Below are positions 47,095-60,084 of a stretch of 64,000 nt of DNA, piece after piece. Source of the stretch: Dicyema japonicum (taxonomy: Eukaryota; Animalia; Dicyemida). Under the pieces are notes generated by a model. That model was not told the DNA's origin. It did no database searches and was given only the letters and a program-made list of their open reading frames with translations. The stretch is from the NCBI GenBank assembly GCA_011109175.1, contig RDEW01000016.1, forward strand, positions 298,049 through 362,048. The letters run 5' to 3'. Numbering within the stretch: the first letter of the stretch is position 1; each line of letters starts with the position of its first letter. Position numbers and translations under genes: made by a program.

Positions 47095-47779
47095 ATGAGA
47101 GAATTAGGTTCGTGAATATTTGAATATCATTTTACGATTGCTACGCACGATATCATTTATTTAGATTTCACAGTTTACTTGTCAATACTTTTAATTTGCT
47201 CTAAGAGTTTTCTCTTAACTTGTTAAACAATAGTTTTGTTATTTAATATCTTACGTAATATTTTTGATTATTATTTAGTTTAATTGGATTACAATTTGAT
47301 TATGTCGTTTGTACTACTTATTCTATATTGCCACGCAAACTAAGTATTTTTTCCGCATAAATTTTATTCATTTGAGGGTTCAACCACGACTTACATTTTT
47401 ACCACAATTCTTACCTTGATCATGGGCAAACTTTTCTCGCTTTAATTTTATTATTTGTTGTTTAGCAGTTAAAACTTACTTTTACATATTTGACACCTAA
47501 AAATTATTTTTTCTGCTAAAATGTTATTCTTTTTGCAAACACATCAACCTAAAATCTTTTATGAATTTTGCCTAAACTTATATTCTGGTATAAAAATATA
47601 ATTTCCACGTTCTTAATTTATAATGAATGTTATCCTAATCTATTATAATTTTATGGTGATTTGTAGACGTAAAAAGTTAAAATATCAGCTTGATAGGGTT
47701 AGAGAGTTTATTCCTAACTCTCGACCATTTAGACCACGAACTGTTCTATCACTGCTTAATCATGCCAGGATGCACATCA

Positions 47780-48050
47780 GAGTATGTCAATCTATAAATT
47801 GTAGGATCTCTCTATGAATTTGTTTAATCAAGCTAGAGATTTGATTTGCCTAAAGAGATTATACAGTCAAACATGTAGAAACGCTCTCCACGATCTTGAA
47901 AACTTTCAGACAGAGAACCCATCTATTGAATCCGTGTTTTCTTCTGTTACTTCAAATTCTTGATTTATCTTTTTAGCACGTGCATGCTTTCTCTGCTGTG
48001 TTGTGCTTGGTTGCTCAAGCTTTGCTTATATCATCTTTCCTTACAATCAT
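47780..48050 (-). pseudogene. Decayed bHLH transcription factor (H5-E9-R13, E-box type)
   Basis: ISKA*ATKHNTAEKAC[fs]RAKKINQEFE followed by a 28-nt GT-AG intron; TGA and TGC are each one C>T change from Arg codons. Confidence 0.5.
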
Positions 48051-49149
48051 TTACCACTTATTTTTTCACATTCCTACTCTCTCGTAGTCTTTGATGTGTA
48101 TTCCACATCTTTTCTAATTAAGCGCATTTTGATAAGATAACCTAAACAAACATTTTTCCGCTTAAATTTTGTTTATCTTAAGGTTGGCCACCTTATCAAA
48201 GGTTTTGTAATTTGACTAACTTTATCACGTATATAACGATTTTTAAATTTTATATTGATTTCTAGTATTCATGTGTTTTACATTATCACTTTTCTGCCAA
48301 ATGTCCTTATAGGTCACTCATGTGTAAATATAGAGCTATCGACTCAGCCTCAAATAGTCTCCTTCGAATGTTGGCATTTTTAATGTTTTGAAATTTATTA
48401 ATATATAACATTCTTTCGGAAAAATTATATAATATTTATATCTTTTGGGTGGGTAGATTACTCTGATATTCTGTTCATTAGCAGGATTCTATGTTAATTT
48501 TGTTAACCATATTAGGCAGTCTTTCTGTGGCTAATTAGGTGAGCTTTTTTACCGCTTTACAACTATTTGGCTTATTAAAAGGATTGTTGATATATTTTGC
48601 AGGCTGATAAGTGGACTATTTTGTTTGATTTATTGACCACATGTTCGCTAAGTTGACCTTTCTTTTATTTAATGTTGCTAGCTCACTTGATTGACATTAT
48701 AGTTGTCGTGTCAATATTATAATAGATTAAAAATATTTGTGAATACGTTTGTCGTGTGTCAATGGGGGAAAAGAATTGGAAACTTAAAGGTATTACCAGA
48801 ATGTGAGACTGACCATTATAGTAATTATATTGTCGTGGATAATGTGATTTACTATTGTCAATTTAATCGTTAATAATTGATTTGTCACAAACTATGTACT
48901 GTATCATTGTCTTATAGACACTACGAAGGTTGAGTTTTACACATATGTATAATTTTATAATATTACTTATATTCTCTGAGTTTGGTGATTCTCTCTAGTA
49001 ATTCAAAATAATCTGTCAATATATGTTTGATATCAGTATTTTACAATCTGGTGACTTTTATATGTCTATTATTAAAAATGGATTTATAATCCAGTCGTTA
49101 AACGGATTGGGAATCGGAAAATAGTTTTCGAAAGTAGTACTAAATTTTC

Positions 49150-49850
49150 CAGGTGTTGATCGATCATGTTTAAATTTGAAAGATCTGGGAAATCATTCCC
49201 AGGTATAATTCAAGCAAGGGAAACATTGCAATAATAGATTTATAAATTATCTTTCTCCATAAAACAATTTTATACTTAAATGCGGCGATCTTTTCATTAA
49301 CGAGAATTGAGCATACATTTTTACATAATAATTTTAATATACATTACAATTCCACAACTCTTGCTAGAGCTCTTCCTTTCAAAAGCCATCTTACCTTTGT
49401 GCGGAACAGTATTTTCTGAACCAAGTTCTTCACGTATACTCTGGAAAATTCTATGATTCAATGGCAATGTTTTTGAAGTAAGAGAAAATGAAGAACGCAA
49501 TGATTCGTGTGTATAGAGGATTAACTTTTTAGATATGAAAGACAAATCCTGATAACAAAGTATTGAAGAAGCTCCGTCCATACATATTGAACCAACTTTA
49601 CTCCATTCAATTTTATTTAATTTCATGAAACTATCCACGACATCAAAAACATCTTGACCACGTTTTCTTCCTGAATGTTCCAGCAAAGAAAAATCCTCAA
49701 TTACATTGTCGTTTTCGACAAAACGAACATGCGAAACCAGCTGACAAACGCATGTTATGTCAGTTAATTCATCAAACTGGATATTTATAGGAAACCAGCA
49801 AGTTTAAATTTGATATAATTTATCCTTTTGGATGGATGTGTTAAAATTAA
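49150..49850 (-). mobile_element. hAT (ZBED8/SCAND3-type) transposase remnant
   Basis: FDELTDITCVCQL..VRFV, GQDVFDVVDSFMKLNKIEWSKVGSICMDGA. Confidence 0.8.
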
Positions 49851-49864
49851 ATTCCAAAGACCTA

Positions 49865-50075
49865 GGGTAACCAAACTAACTAACTCCTTGATCCAGACTC
49901 GTTCCTGCATTCCAGAAACTGTCTCCAGGTAACGACGTTGAACGGAGAAGAATTGTTGGATCCTCTTGATGCCTGCCAGGCATTGGGCGCCTCCTCATTA
50001 AGGTGGATCCATTGTCGGAAGGAAGGAAAATAATTTTGACAAACTATCCACGTAGCACCAGATGGAGCCACGCGA
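49865..50075 (-). mobile_element. LINE 3' end with (TTAG)-like tail
   Basis: Homologous to 11200-11475. Confidence 0.55.
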
Positions 50076-50149
50076 AATTAAATTATTAATTATTTCAAAT
50101 TTGTATAACAAATGTTACTTAATATGGACAAAACATATTATTATACGAT

Positions 50150-50700
50150 GCCTAGATCATTACAAAGCATGTGAAACAACAAAAGTTAACAATCTAATAA
50201 ACATCGCCCATCTTTTTCGAACCTTTGCCATGCTCCGTAGCATATCTAGATCATCCCCATCTAGATCAAGGCACTTTCCAATCCTCCTGAGATCTTCATC
50301 TAAGATTACCGGCAGTGTTGCGGAAACGCAAAGCTTCTAAGACAAAATACACCTCCATTGCTATGTTGGCATGGGTCCCCATATAGTGGCGGAGTATGTA
50401 TCCAAACAGCCTCCATCTTAAATCAGTAATATCAAACGATATTGGCTCAGTTCCTGTTCTCTTGTATAAGATTTCGGACAGCATTTTGAAAAAGCTTTAG
50501 GAAGAAAGAAGTGCTCAGAGATGATTTCTGTGAAAAGAATTTAACTTTTCGAGTTCCCTGTACATGCCCATGTACCGGTATTATATAATAGGATTGGCCT
50601 CACTAAGGCATTGTATAATCTCATTCGAGTTTAAGGTCAAGCCCTTTGTGCAGAAGCCAGGTCTTCTTCATTTTGTTGAATGCCAATGTCTTCCTTAGTG
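50150..50700 (-). mobile_element. RTE-like LINE 3' fragment
   Basis: LYNALVRPILY, DLRWRLFGYILR. Confidence 0.75.
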
Positions 50701-50949
50701 TTATATCTTCGGTGTCTATATTCAATTTAATAGAACATTTATAATTACTTTTCTTTTCTCCTGTATAAAATGAATCTTTCATTCTAAAGTTGTATAAAAA
50801 TATTAAAAAATACGACTTTATTACCTAAAATGTCGAGGACATTAGTAAACTGTCCCATTTACTAATAGAACCCAATTTTAATAATATGTCGCGCGCACTG
50901 TGATCAACCATGCACTACGAGCAACCAATCATGTGTCAATATCACGAAT

Positions 50950-51271
50950 AATAATAATAACAGCCTTTTTCACGGAGCCGTGGTATTAGCTCCGCATAAG
51001 AAGGACACACACTTTATTTAAGTAAAGAACAGTTAATTTTAACTAATCGTAGAACCAAGGAATGATCTTCACTTCTATTTTCTTTTTCTTGTGTGTGGGT
51101 CCTTTTTTGACAATCCAGTTCCGCAGTGAGAGTCCACTGATGACGGACTCACTCGTCAAGCCTTTTAGCATCGTAGATGCGTGGAACCTTCCACCAGGTG
51201 AACAGCAGCGAGAATCGAACCCGTAAGCTAAGTCACTTAAGCCCGACACCTAATCACTATGCCATCCGGCT
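50950..51271 (-). mobile_element. tRNA-derived SINE (~320 bp)
   Basis: Head AGCCGGATGGCATAGTGATTAGG..GGGTTCGATTCTC (A and B boxes); 3' hairpin CGGAGC-N10-GCTCCG (50973-50994) and (TTA)n tail. Confidence 0.8.
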
Positions 51272-51420
51272 ATGTATGAACAAATATTTTCAACACTGAA
51301 AGAGAAAAGGCCACAATTGAATGCATTTACCATAGATTATGAGCGAGCAGCGATCAATGCTATCAACAGAATTTTTCCAAATGCAAATATGTATGGCTGC
51401 TACTTTCATTTCCAATATGT
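51272..51420 (+). mobile_element. MULE transposase fragment
   Basis: MYEQIFSTLKEKRPQLNAFTIDYERAAINAINRIFPNANMYGCYFHF. Confidence 0.75.
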
Positions 51421-51954
51421 ATGAGATAATTTATTACATCAAAATTAATTATTTTTTCTTGACCATGTGCATTGGAATAATTTTTTTCACCAGTTGATGA
51501 ACAAACCTAAAAATATATTTTCTACATTCTAACCTCTACACGATTGTTCGATAATAAAATTAAAACTTCTACATTCTCACTGTATGGACTCTCAAATTTG
51601 TTCAGCCTTAGAGAAGGATTAATTCCATAATCTTTTATAACTCGAACCTACATTAATTATTTAATAAAAACTTGATCCCCTATAGAAAACATGTATTTAC
51701 CATAATGAACATCTTTTTGTTTATCCACTTAAAATAAGGTGAATTAAATTTGTTTTAATGAACTTAAGTTGAAAGTTTTCTATCTTTAAAATCATTTTTG
51801 TAACCCATTTTACAAGCAGACTTTGTGGCTTAATTATTTGTTTCGTCTAACGACTCATCAATAGGCGATTTTTATTTTGACTTTATTGACTTTAAAAATT
51901 TAAAATTTTGACCTTTTTTGACTTTATGAAAAATTTATATAGAAAATATGAAAA

Positions 51955-52448
51955 AAACATGCAAGATGAGTGCGGGTCGTTTCCCCAGGCACTCCTGTCT
52001 TAACATGACATTAAAGAATTCCCTTGCCTCTGCTGGACACCATTGCCTGTTAGAACCTGCTGGTCTTTTCCGAAACGATGGAAAACGCCCTATTGTGATG
52101 ACGACTTTTCCATTCGCCAACGGACGAAACCTGATCTGGGACGCGACGTGTGTTGATACTTATTCCCCGTCTAATTTGGTTGCTTCTGCTTCAGACCCAG
52201 GACATGCTTCGAAGCAGGCCGAGGAACGAAAGAGGAGGAAGTACCAGAGAATTTCGGAGGAGTATCTTTTTGTTTCATTCGCGGTGGAAACGTCAGAAAT
52301 CCTTGACCCCCAAGCAGATGAGTTGGTTCGTAAGATCGGTTCCATGATTCAAGCTGTGACCAAGGATCCGCTAGAGACTGGTTGGTTCCGAGAACGTATC
52401 TCGTTGGCTATTGTTAGGGGAAATAGCATGGCCATTCAGATGCCTTAA
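51955..52448 (+). mobile_element. CRE-clade RLE domain, open for 166 codons
   Basis: RHSCLNMTLKNSL..LEPAGLFRNDGKRP..LIWDATCVDT..KRRKY..FAVETS..RERISLAIVRGNS. Confidence 0.9.
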
Positions 52449-54075
52449 TTTAATTTTTATTAATTACCTTAATAAATTTGATTATTTAAAAAAAAACTAA
52501 TCTAAACTTTATTAAAATATAGAATAATGTAATTAAAAACTTTTTCTGGTTAACAATTTCGGTCTTTAATAATTTTATTAATACTAAAAATATTTTCTGA
52601 ATAAATAATAATGTGGAAGGTATTTTTTTCAAATAGTTGTATATGTCAGGATCCATGGATGGAAAAATATGTTGTTTTTTTTCCATTTTTTAATAGAAAA
52701 AAACTTATTAACAGAAAATCTAGATTGCAGATACTTCTTAATTCTGCATAAATTGTTATCGAAATACAACATTTTAATATGCTAGCTTCGTCTTTTACTG
52801 TGAAGTAAGTTTTCATTGTCATCTTTATCAATTTATGAACTAATATTGATGTAGCTGATAAATTGTTCCGTAGTTCATTTTAATAGATTACTTCCAAACA
52901 TCTTTATATTAAAATTTCATTTCCATCAAAATTATAGTTATTTTTCCCTCAATAAAATTTTTACAATAATATTCAACAATTTCCACTTCTGACCAGAATT
53001 AGGGAGGATAGCCAATTTCAATAAAATTTTCTATTTTTATGCAAGAAATTTATTAGTGTATTCACAAATATTTATATGGATTCCTTAGATCAAACCAACA
53101 TTTCCAAATTTATAATAAATCATCAGTGATGAGATTCTACTACCAGTTCTTGGGGTTATTGAAAATCTGACAAATTTCAGTGACTTTCTTCCTCTGGTTA
53201 AGAATAGTGGACTGATTATCATTTGATGTGATCTCTGGGTGAATTGATAAGGGGTGTGTTAATTACAAAGATCTCTGACGTGTATACTATAGTGTCTGCA
53301 ATACTCCGTGCTACCAAATTAGTGATATAATCGAGGACCTGGACAATTATCTTGGTAATCGGTGTTTACATGAGAATATTCATGATACAGTGGCTGAGTT
53401 TGTCGCTGAATGCGAATAATTTGGATATAACAAGTACCACAAAGGATTCTGTGTCTTACTAAAAGTCGATTGACTCGTTCATCGGTCGCTTTGATGATCA
53501 GTTGGACCAGAGGATATGGCTTTGGGCTATTTTTGAGTGTTCCAATATGTTCCGCGTGTTCAGTAATGATTAATTGGTTAAGTAGCATCCGTATACATAC
53601 CGTTGATGATTTCTAAGGATCCTTTAAAATCTCCTTGTAAAACAACCGGGAGGGTTGTTCTTGGTCTTCCACGAAATCGTTTTACATGGAAGGAGTATTA
53701 ATCTTCCATGTATTAATTAGGGGGGATGTCAGGTCCAATCTCACGACGTGTCCAAAGAGTCTCCAATGAAAAAGAAGATTTTTAAATTAAAATATGAAAA
53801 AATATGTAATAATTTAATTCAAAATAACAAAAAATAGAATCTACATACTGTATAGTCTAAAATATATATAAAAAATATTTTCGGAGAAAAACATTATTTT
53901 TAAAATGTTTTTATTGGAGATTTGAGTAATCATTTGAGATAATTAAAAGAGCCACATCAAAAATTCAAGGAGACACAATGGCTCTAAGATCCACGGTTGC
54001 TGACCCCTGACCTAGTTGTTGCCCTTTCCATATCAGAATCAATATCCTCACGGCCAATACGTGCAGTACTACAAA

Positions 54076-54210
54076 TTAGTTTGAAAGGAACGACATCTTC
54101 GTCGGAGACTTTAATCCTAGGTTTTTTTCGACCACCATACTTTCAAGGGTTCTCTTCAATATGAATGATTGAATGTATGTTACTTGTCTACCCGTGTTTT
54201 TAAAGTGTTT
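54076..54210 (-). mobile_element. 3' scrap of R2/NeSL-like RLE element
   Basis: TYIQSFILKRTLESM matches AYLQSTVLKRTLESL. Confidence 0.55.
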
Positions 54211-54329
54211 TGGGGGAACAATATACGGATCATATCCACCGGAATAATCTTTATAGAGAAGCAAGAACTCTTGCAACATCATTAAATTAATTAAATTTAT
54301 TCCAAAGAGCACTGTTAAACCTAAAAAAA

Positions 54330-54990
54330 CTAAACTAAGTGATCCCGACGAATTGGATCAAGGCTCTCATCTTTTCTCGGTGTTGATCCCTTGAGCCTAC
54401 ACAAGTTCGTTGCGGACGAACACTTTCTATTTGGCATTGGTGTCCATTTTTGTTTTTTCGAAAAGTTTCTCTATGGGCGTAGGTGATTTAATGTTTTCCC
54501 CTGTGTACCATCACTCCGTTAGTTTGAAGGCCTTTTTCTGGGTTGCGGAGATTTTCTGGATGTTCGTATAAGAGGCCAGTGATCCCAATGAAGTACACGC
54601 ATATGAAATGCATGGTTCGATGTACTGTGAGTAGAGCGTTCTAAGTATAGGGTTGTGATTTTTTTCCATAGACCAGTTAGGCATTTCAGAAGGTTGATTT
54701 TCTTCTCACACTTGTTCAGCACATTAGCGACATGTCTCGAAGAGTTCATGTGCGTATCAAAAGTCAGACCCAATATTTTTTGCCATTTGCTGAACGCCAA
54801 TTCTCTTCCCTCCGCAGTAACTTCTATTGTCCTGTTCGACAATCTTTTGTCAAAGATATAGAGAGTTGTAACAGATTTTTCGGTATTGATTGACATCCGA
54901 TTTTCATTAAACCACTCGAGTAGTCGATCCATGTGGTGTTGTATTTTTTCCGTTGCTGTTTGGAAGTTCTGATCCCGTCATAGTTGTGGT
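54330..54990 (-). mobile_element. Ingi/Vingi-like LINE 3' half
   Basis: WFNENRMSINTEKS..KILGLTFD..KKINLLKCLTG; (TTAG)-like tail at 54330. Confidence 0.8.
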
Positions 54991-55176
54991 ACTTCTCCAC
55001 CTCAACTTAATAAATATAAAGTACTTGATTTTTTCAGTATTTTGAATTAAACTAAAAATTGATATTATTAATGATTATTTGTCAATTATATCGGTGGCTA
55101 ACCTAAATAAAATAAATTCTGACCTTAAATATAAATTAGAATTTGTTCGCTTTTTGGCAATAATCGAGCATTATCA

Positions 55177-55764
55177 ATGAGTAATCCGATTGTTGAAGGG
55201 AAATATGAGTTCACGGGGGACATTGAGACTTCAATAAACAAGCAAATCAACAATGAGTGCTTTCTATTTATACATGAATTTGGTTGGAATAATGAACTTA
55301 TAGACAGAGCAATTACTTCAGCCAAGTCACCGTAAGCTACCCGGGGACCTGCAAAGTACTTTGCGAAGAAATCCGCGGAAGAGTTGGAACATGCCAAACG
55401 TTTCATGGAATTCCAAATCAGACGAGGTGGAGCTGTTTTACTAAAAAAATTAATGTCATTTTGATTGCTGATATAAATAGGAAATTCAACGTAATTTTTT
55501 TACTATTCACGAAGCCTTGATGATCGCTTATAAAGCTGAACATCAAATCACTTCTGAGATTTATATGTCGATTTTGGCGAAGAATAACAATGACGTTGAC
55601 GTTTACTTGACGTTGACGTTAATTTGTAGTTTGAAAATTTCATTGCTGAATTCATTAAGGAACAAATTGACGATATCTCCCAGCTTAGTGCAGTAGATGC
55701 AAAACTGAAGCGGATTGGATGTACTCCGATAAGCATCTCAGTTAATTCTGGACTAATTCTCTAA
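55177..55764 (+). pseudogene. Ferritin, three frameshifts (pseudogene or assembly error); introns 55283-55307, 55455-55480, 55601-55629
   Basis: IETSINKQINNE..YMNLSNYFSQVTVSYPG..AKYFAKKSAEELEHAKRFMEFQIRRGGAV..EALMIAYKAEHQI..FENFIAEFIKEQIDDISQL..KLKRIG. Confidence 0.85.
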
Positions 55765-56639
55765 CCTAAACTTTACCAACATTTCTTTATTTTTCTAACT
55801 TTACTTGTTTCTTAGTCTCCAGCTTACTAAACTTCCATTTGAGGATCACAAGGAAACTTAGATAAGGCTTTAACGTTCTTACAAGATTTGGAAGATTGTA
55901 GTCTACAATTAAACACGCTTGTGGTCTTTGTTGACCTCTGTTGAAATCATGAGAGGAAAGCAAATTTTTAATTTCCGTTTAAATTAGGAAAAGGACTTCA
56001 GCTTGACAGGCGTTATCATCAAATATTGCTAATACTCAAAGTCTCATTATCTTGTCCCTAGAGGAGATAAGTTCCAGACAAGTATCCCAGTCTTTAAGGG
56101 GTAACATGTGTGGAACTGTGTACCCTAAAACAGTTTGGGCTTGTGGGTTTAAAGCCAAAGAATTCAGTTCTCAAAGCCACTCAGTGCATTGAAACGGTAA
56201 TTTTAATAATTTTGTTGTGAAAATTAAAAGTAACTTAAAATTGATTTAATTTGATTTTAATATTTCAATGGAGACAAATAAATTTCATAATTATAAATGT
56301 AGCGCGATTTATTTTGATTATCCACATGTATTATGTTCAGGTAGACCAGAATACGTAGGTAATTTATAGTGTCTTTTATTCAAGTTGTTGAGCATGCCCT
56401 TTCAGAAATCATATTTTAATGGCTATTTAGCTCTCATATTGTAATATAATTGGCGACCAAACCCTGGTTAACTGAGATTTAAGTTTTTAATCCTCTAAGG
56501 AGAAATAACAAATTTTAAAGCATATTACTATTCTCGTCACTTGTGACAAATTACAACTTCAAGATTATACATCTGACTTAATAATAAATAATAGTAACAA
56601 ATACCCATTTATCGCCAAAAGCACAAAGTAAATAACAAT

Positions 56640-57420
56640 TCTGCTAAATTCCAGGAATCCTCTGTTCCGTCACTCTGCATGCTTTTTTCCGTGCAATCGC
56701 GATCTTCTCAGAATTGGTCAAAAGGATCCCTGGAGTAAAATGCCACACAATTATAATTGTTAATTTAACATTCCTTCTCAGGATAGCGAGCGAGATTCTT
56801 TCGAATAACCAGCAGCGCTCACAAGGTCTCTAATCGTGTAGAAATACGATTCCCAGACGCTTCAAGAATACCGCGTCCCAAACGCAATGGAACTAAACGT
56901 CTCAATGGTTAGTGGAACGAAAAAAATTATTGGGTAGGAACTCGTACTTTGCCCGTTTTAAACTTTCACTCTTCTCAGCGGCAGAACAGGCTCCAGAGGC
57001 ACGTGTCGGTGCAAGCTAGGTCTTAGACAAGAGGTTTCCTGTCTTTAGAATGGAAAATTGTAATCCCATCTGGTAGTTTCACGTCATTCCTGCAAAGAAC
57101 GACTAGTTTGAGAATAAAGGAGTATTCGGCGGCGTCAAAAGATCTCCTAACGGCTTCGTTCAAGGTCATATGTCCTGGAAATCTTCCCGTACTCTTCCTG
57201 CAGGAGAGAAGGTGTAGGCTCTGGTCTCCGCATCGGCACAGATGTGGAGTGGAAGACAGACTTTTAATCCCAGTCGTATTGAGATCCCAATACGGATGCA
57301 TTGATCATTCAGAAAGGTACTTAAAATTCCATTCGAAATGGCGTTGAGCCAGGCACCGCTATCGAAAGACGCCCCCCAAACAAACAGGCATGGCGATGTT
57401 ATGTAAATAGCACTCGCAGA
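56640..57420 (-). mobile_element. CRE-clade element 3' part (degraded, two abutting tails)
   Basis: CRCGDQSLHLLSCRKSTGRFPGHMTLNEAVRRS, KLPDGITIF, FFVPLTIETF, LFERISLAILRRN. Confidence 0.8.
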
Positions 57421-59064
57421 CTTTTTTATTTTTTAAAAAGAAATATTTATAGAGACAATGAACATTACCGTTAATTATAGAGATTTCAAGGTACTTAAAA
57501 AACCATCTCCGTTCACAGGGTGTCAAAATTAAAGCAATGGAATGACGGAAATGCAAAACGCGGAGCGGTGAATGTGTCGACGCATGTCCCAAACAAGAGA
57601 TCTTTATATGAAAATGTAAAAATGGTCATCCCATCTAGTTTCTTCCCGTCCCCACGGACAAATCTCTTCCCAGGTCGGTCCGAAAAGGAAATCCAGCTTA
57701 CTCTAGTTCACATTTAACGTCTTGGTTTAGGACGATGTGTATGTGGAACTTTCAAGCATTTACTCAAAGGAAAAAAATAAATCCCCAACCTGCCAAATAA
57801 AACTCCAGACTAATTAACCGTTTGCAGAATGCGCTCTCAATAATAAGAAATATACGTCAGTTTTAAAGTAATTTAGGAATTAGCCGATTGGCTAAGAATT
57901 ATTTATTATTATCTGATCCCGAATAAGCAACACCAAGAAAGAAGGAGTTAAACCATCTAATTAAGTGATCTCGGTAGACCTCAACCATATCGAAAGGTTT
58001 TAGTATTAAAAACCGAAAAATTAAAAAATAAAAATCAATACATTTTTTTGATTTAATTGACCTAAAAAATTAAATTTTGACGTTATAACATTTGTTTTAT
58101 TATATTATAGAAGTGGGAATTAGATATCAGGATCAAAGTAGAAAAATGTCACATGTAAGACTTTTTTGCAAGTGGGCTTTCTCTTCTACGATTTTCAAGT
58201 AAAAATTGACCTGGATAGAGTTGTCTATATGGATAAACTATCTGCTAAAGTAGCAACGAGAGAAAACTTTTGAACAGACAAATCACTGTAAGAGAAGTGA
58301 GCCACATCTTTGCTCACCCCACCTTACAGTCTTTCGTAAGCCCGGCACAAACAGTCATAACTAATTAATCAAAGAAAGGAACCTACGGGAGAATTGCCTG
58401 TGCCGCCCAAATCCATCCTCCACCCCAATCGTCCATTACAGGCTTCCGAATAGATATGGAGAAGTAGGTCGCCATCTTACATTTTTGTCACACGACCTAC
58501 TGTCGTGCGCATCACTCCATTCTTAGGTGGAAAAGTTTTCATAATGGTAATCCTAATTAGTGGAGTTGGTCAGATATAAGGTAGGAAGATCAGCGTACAA
58601 GAATGACACATCTCCTTACGGATGGGATCTGTTTGACGAGAATTGACCTTAATTGAAAACTCCATCTTTCGGATCCGAACCCAAGACAGTCAGATCCTAT
58701 GTCATCATACCCACAGCAAATCTCGACATGGGAGACCACTAAGCTCTACAGTTTATTTAAATTAATTTAAATAATAATAATTTAAATTGTTTTTTGTCAT
58801 ACACGTAGCTTACTTAAAAACAAGTGGAACTACTCAATTCTACCATCAAATGAAATTTATCATTGGCGAGATTTCAGATAATATAATCTTGTTTAAAACC
58901 AAGTGTCGTAAAGTTATATCAAAAGCTTTGTTTATATCGATAGAAATGAGAATGGATATTTCTTCGATTGGTTATCAACCTGATGGAAATATTGAAAACA
59001 CAGTGTCTAGTGGGTAGTAACACATTTCCCCAATGAAAACACTTCCTTTAACAAAAAAATAAAA

Positions 59065-60084
59065 TCAATCATAACTTTTACGAATTCCAATATCAGTCAT
59101 AACCAATCGTTGACATATTTCACTGTTTTCTCCATATTTAGTTAAAACAAATCCGTATGTCTTATCTCCATTAACTTTACTGAATTTCCCTAGAAGGTTG
59201 TAATCCATAGTTTCCTTTAGTACACAATTCTTGTATAGGTTCTCTCTTGTGTTTTTTATTTTATCTAAATCATCATTTAATTCTTTTTCATTAATTTTTG
59301 AAATTTCATTCCGAAAGTCTTTAAGGAAAAATTCATATACCGCAAAATCAACATCGTTCCATTTTAAAATTAATTCCTTTAAGGTTTCATTAACTTTGGG
59401 GATTTTTTGTGCATTTAACTGAAATGATATCAAATCTTGGATATCCCAATGAAGGTACTTTTTTAGAAGAAGTAGAGATAAGTCAAAGAAATCAGCAATC
59501 AATATCAAATTAAAACTTTTTTTTACTTCCGATAGAAAATCATCAATGTCCTTCTGTGAATAACCATAACGTGAGTTAAATCCAAGCATATATGACATTG
59601 GGTTCCTCATTCTATCATCTAGTTGGGTTTGATAATAAAATTCTGGATTTTTGAAGAATTCTGATATTTCACGTGTTTTTGATACGTAATAATTATAAAA
59701 TGAAATATATTGACGAAAGGGATTCCTCAAAATTGTAAAGAAAAATGCATTTGGTTTTACAATTTCCTGAATACTTGTTTTATTAAATCTTGTATGAAAG
59801 AATAACATGTCAAATGGTTTCATTTCCACATGTCTGACATTTTTTGCACTAAAAAATGATGTTGATTTACCAAAATGAGTTCCTTCATTCGATGGTACAG
59901 CTATTGCCAAATTATGACTACGAGCATATCGGTCGAGAATGTTGACGATAGAAGAGCTCGCACATTTTAGAGTCTTTAAAAAGACAATTGTGGACCTTTT
60001 GTTAGGTTTATATCTTTCTGAGATCTTCAATACAAGTAGAACTAATACAAATAGAATTACAAGACAGAATATACGATTCCTCAT
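59065..60084 (-). CDS. Galactose-3-O-sulfotransferase (Gal3ST/cerebroside sulfotransferase family), 339 aa, intronless type II membrane protein
   Basis: N-terminal TM (IFCLVILFVLVLLVL), IVFLKTLKCASSS (5'-PSB), FHTRFN, FTILRNP..QYIS.YNYY (3'-PB), FNLILIADFFDLSLLLLK..L.W, WNDVDFAVY.FF. Confidence 0.92.
   Translation of the reverse strand: MRNRIFCLVILFVLVLLVLKISERYKPNKRSTIVFLKTLKCASSSIVNILDRYARSHNLAIAVPSNEGTHFGKSTSFFSAKNVRHVEMKPFDMLFFHTRFNKTSIQEIVKPNAFFFTILRNPFRQYISFYNYYVSKTREISEFFKNPEFYYQTQLDDRMRNPMSYMLGFNSRYGYSQKDIDDFLSEVKKSFNLILIADFFDLSLLLLKKYLHWDIQDLISFQLNAQKIPKVNETLKELILKWNDVDFAVYEFFLKDFRNEISKINEKELNDDLDKIKNTRENLYKNCVLKETMDYNLLGKFSKVNGDKTYGFVLTKYGENSEICQRLVMTDIGIRKSYD

Noticed and set aside
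51190-51271. Functional tRNA genes (also 61780-61852, 6759-6835)
   Set aside because: A/B boxes are present but no closing acceptor stem, and they continue into a shared SINE body
55080-55176. Iron-responsive element upstream of ferritin
   Set aside because: No CAGUGN loop hairpin found
58787-59017. 76-aa ORF convergent with Gal3ST
   Set aside because: Non-ATG start, no homology recognised
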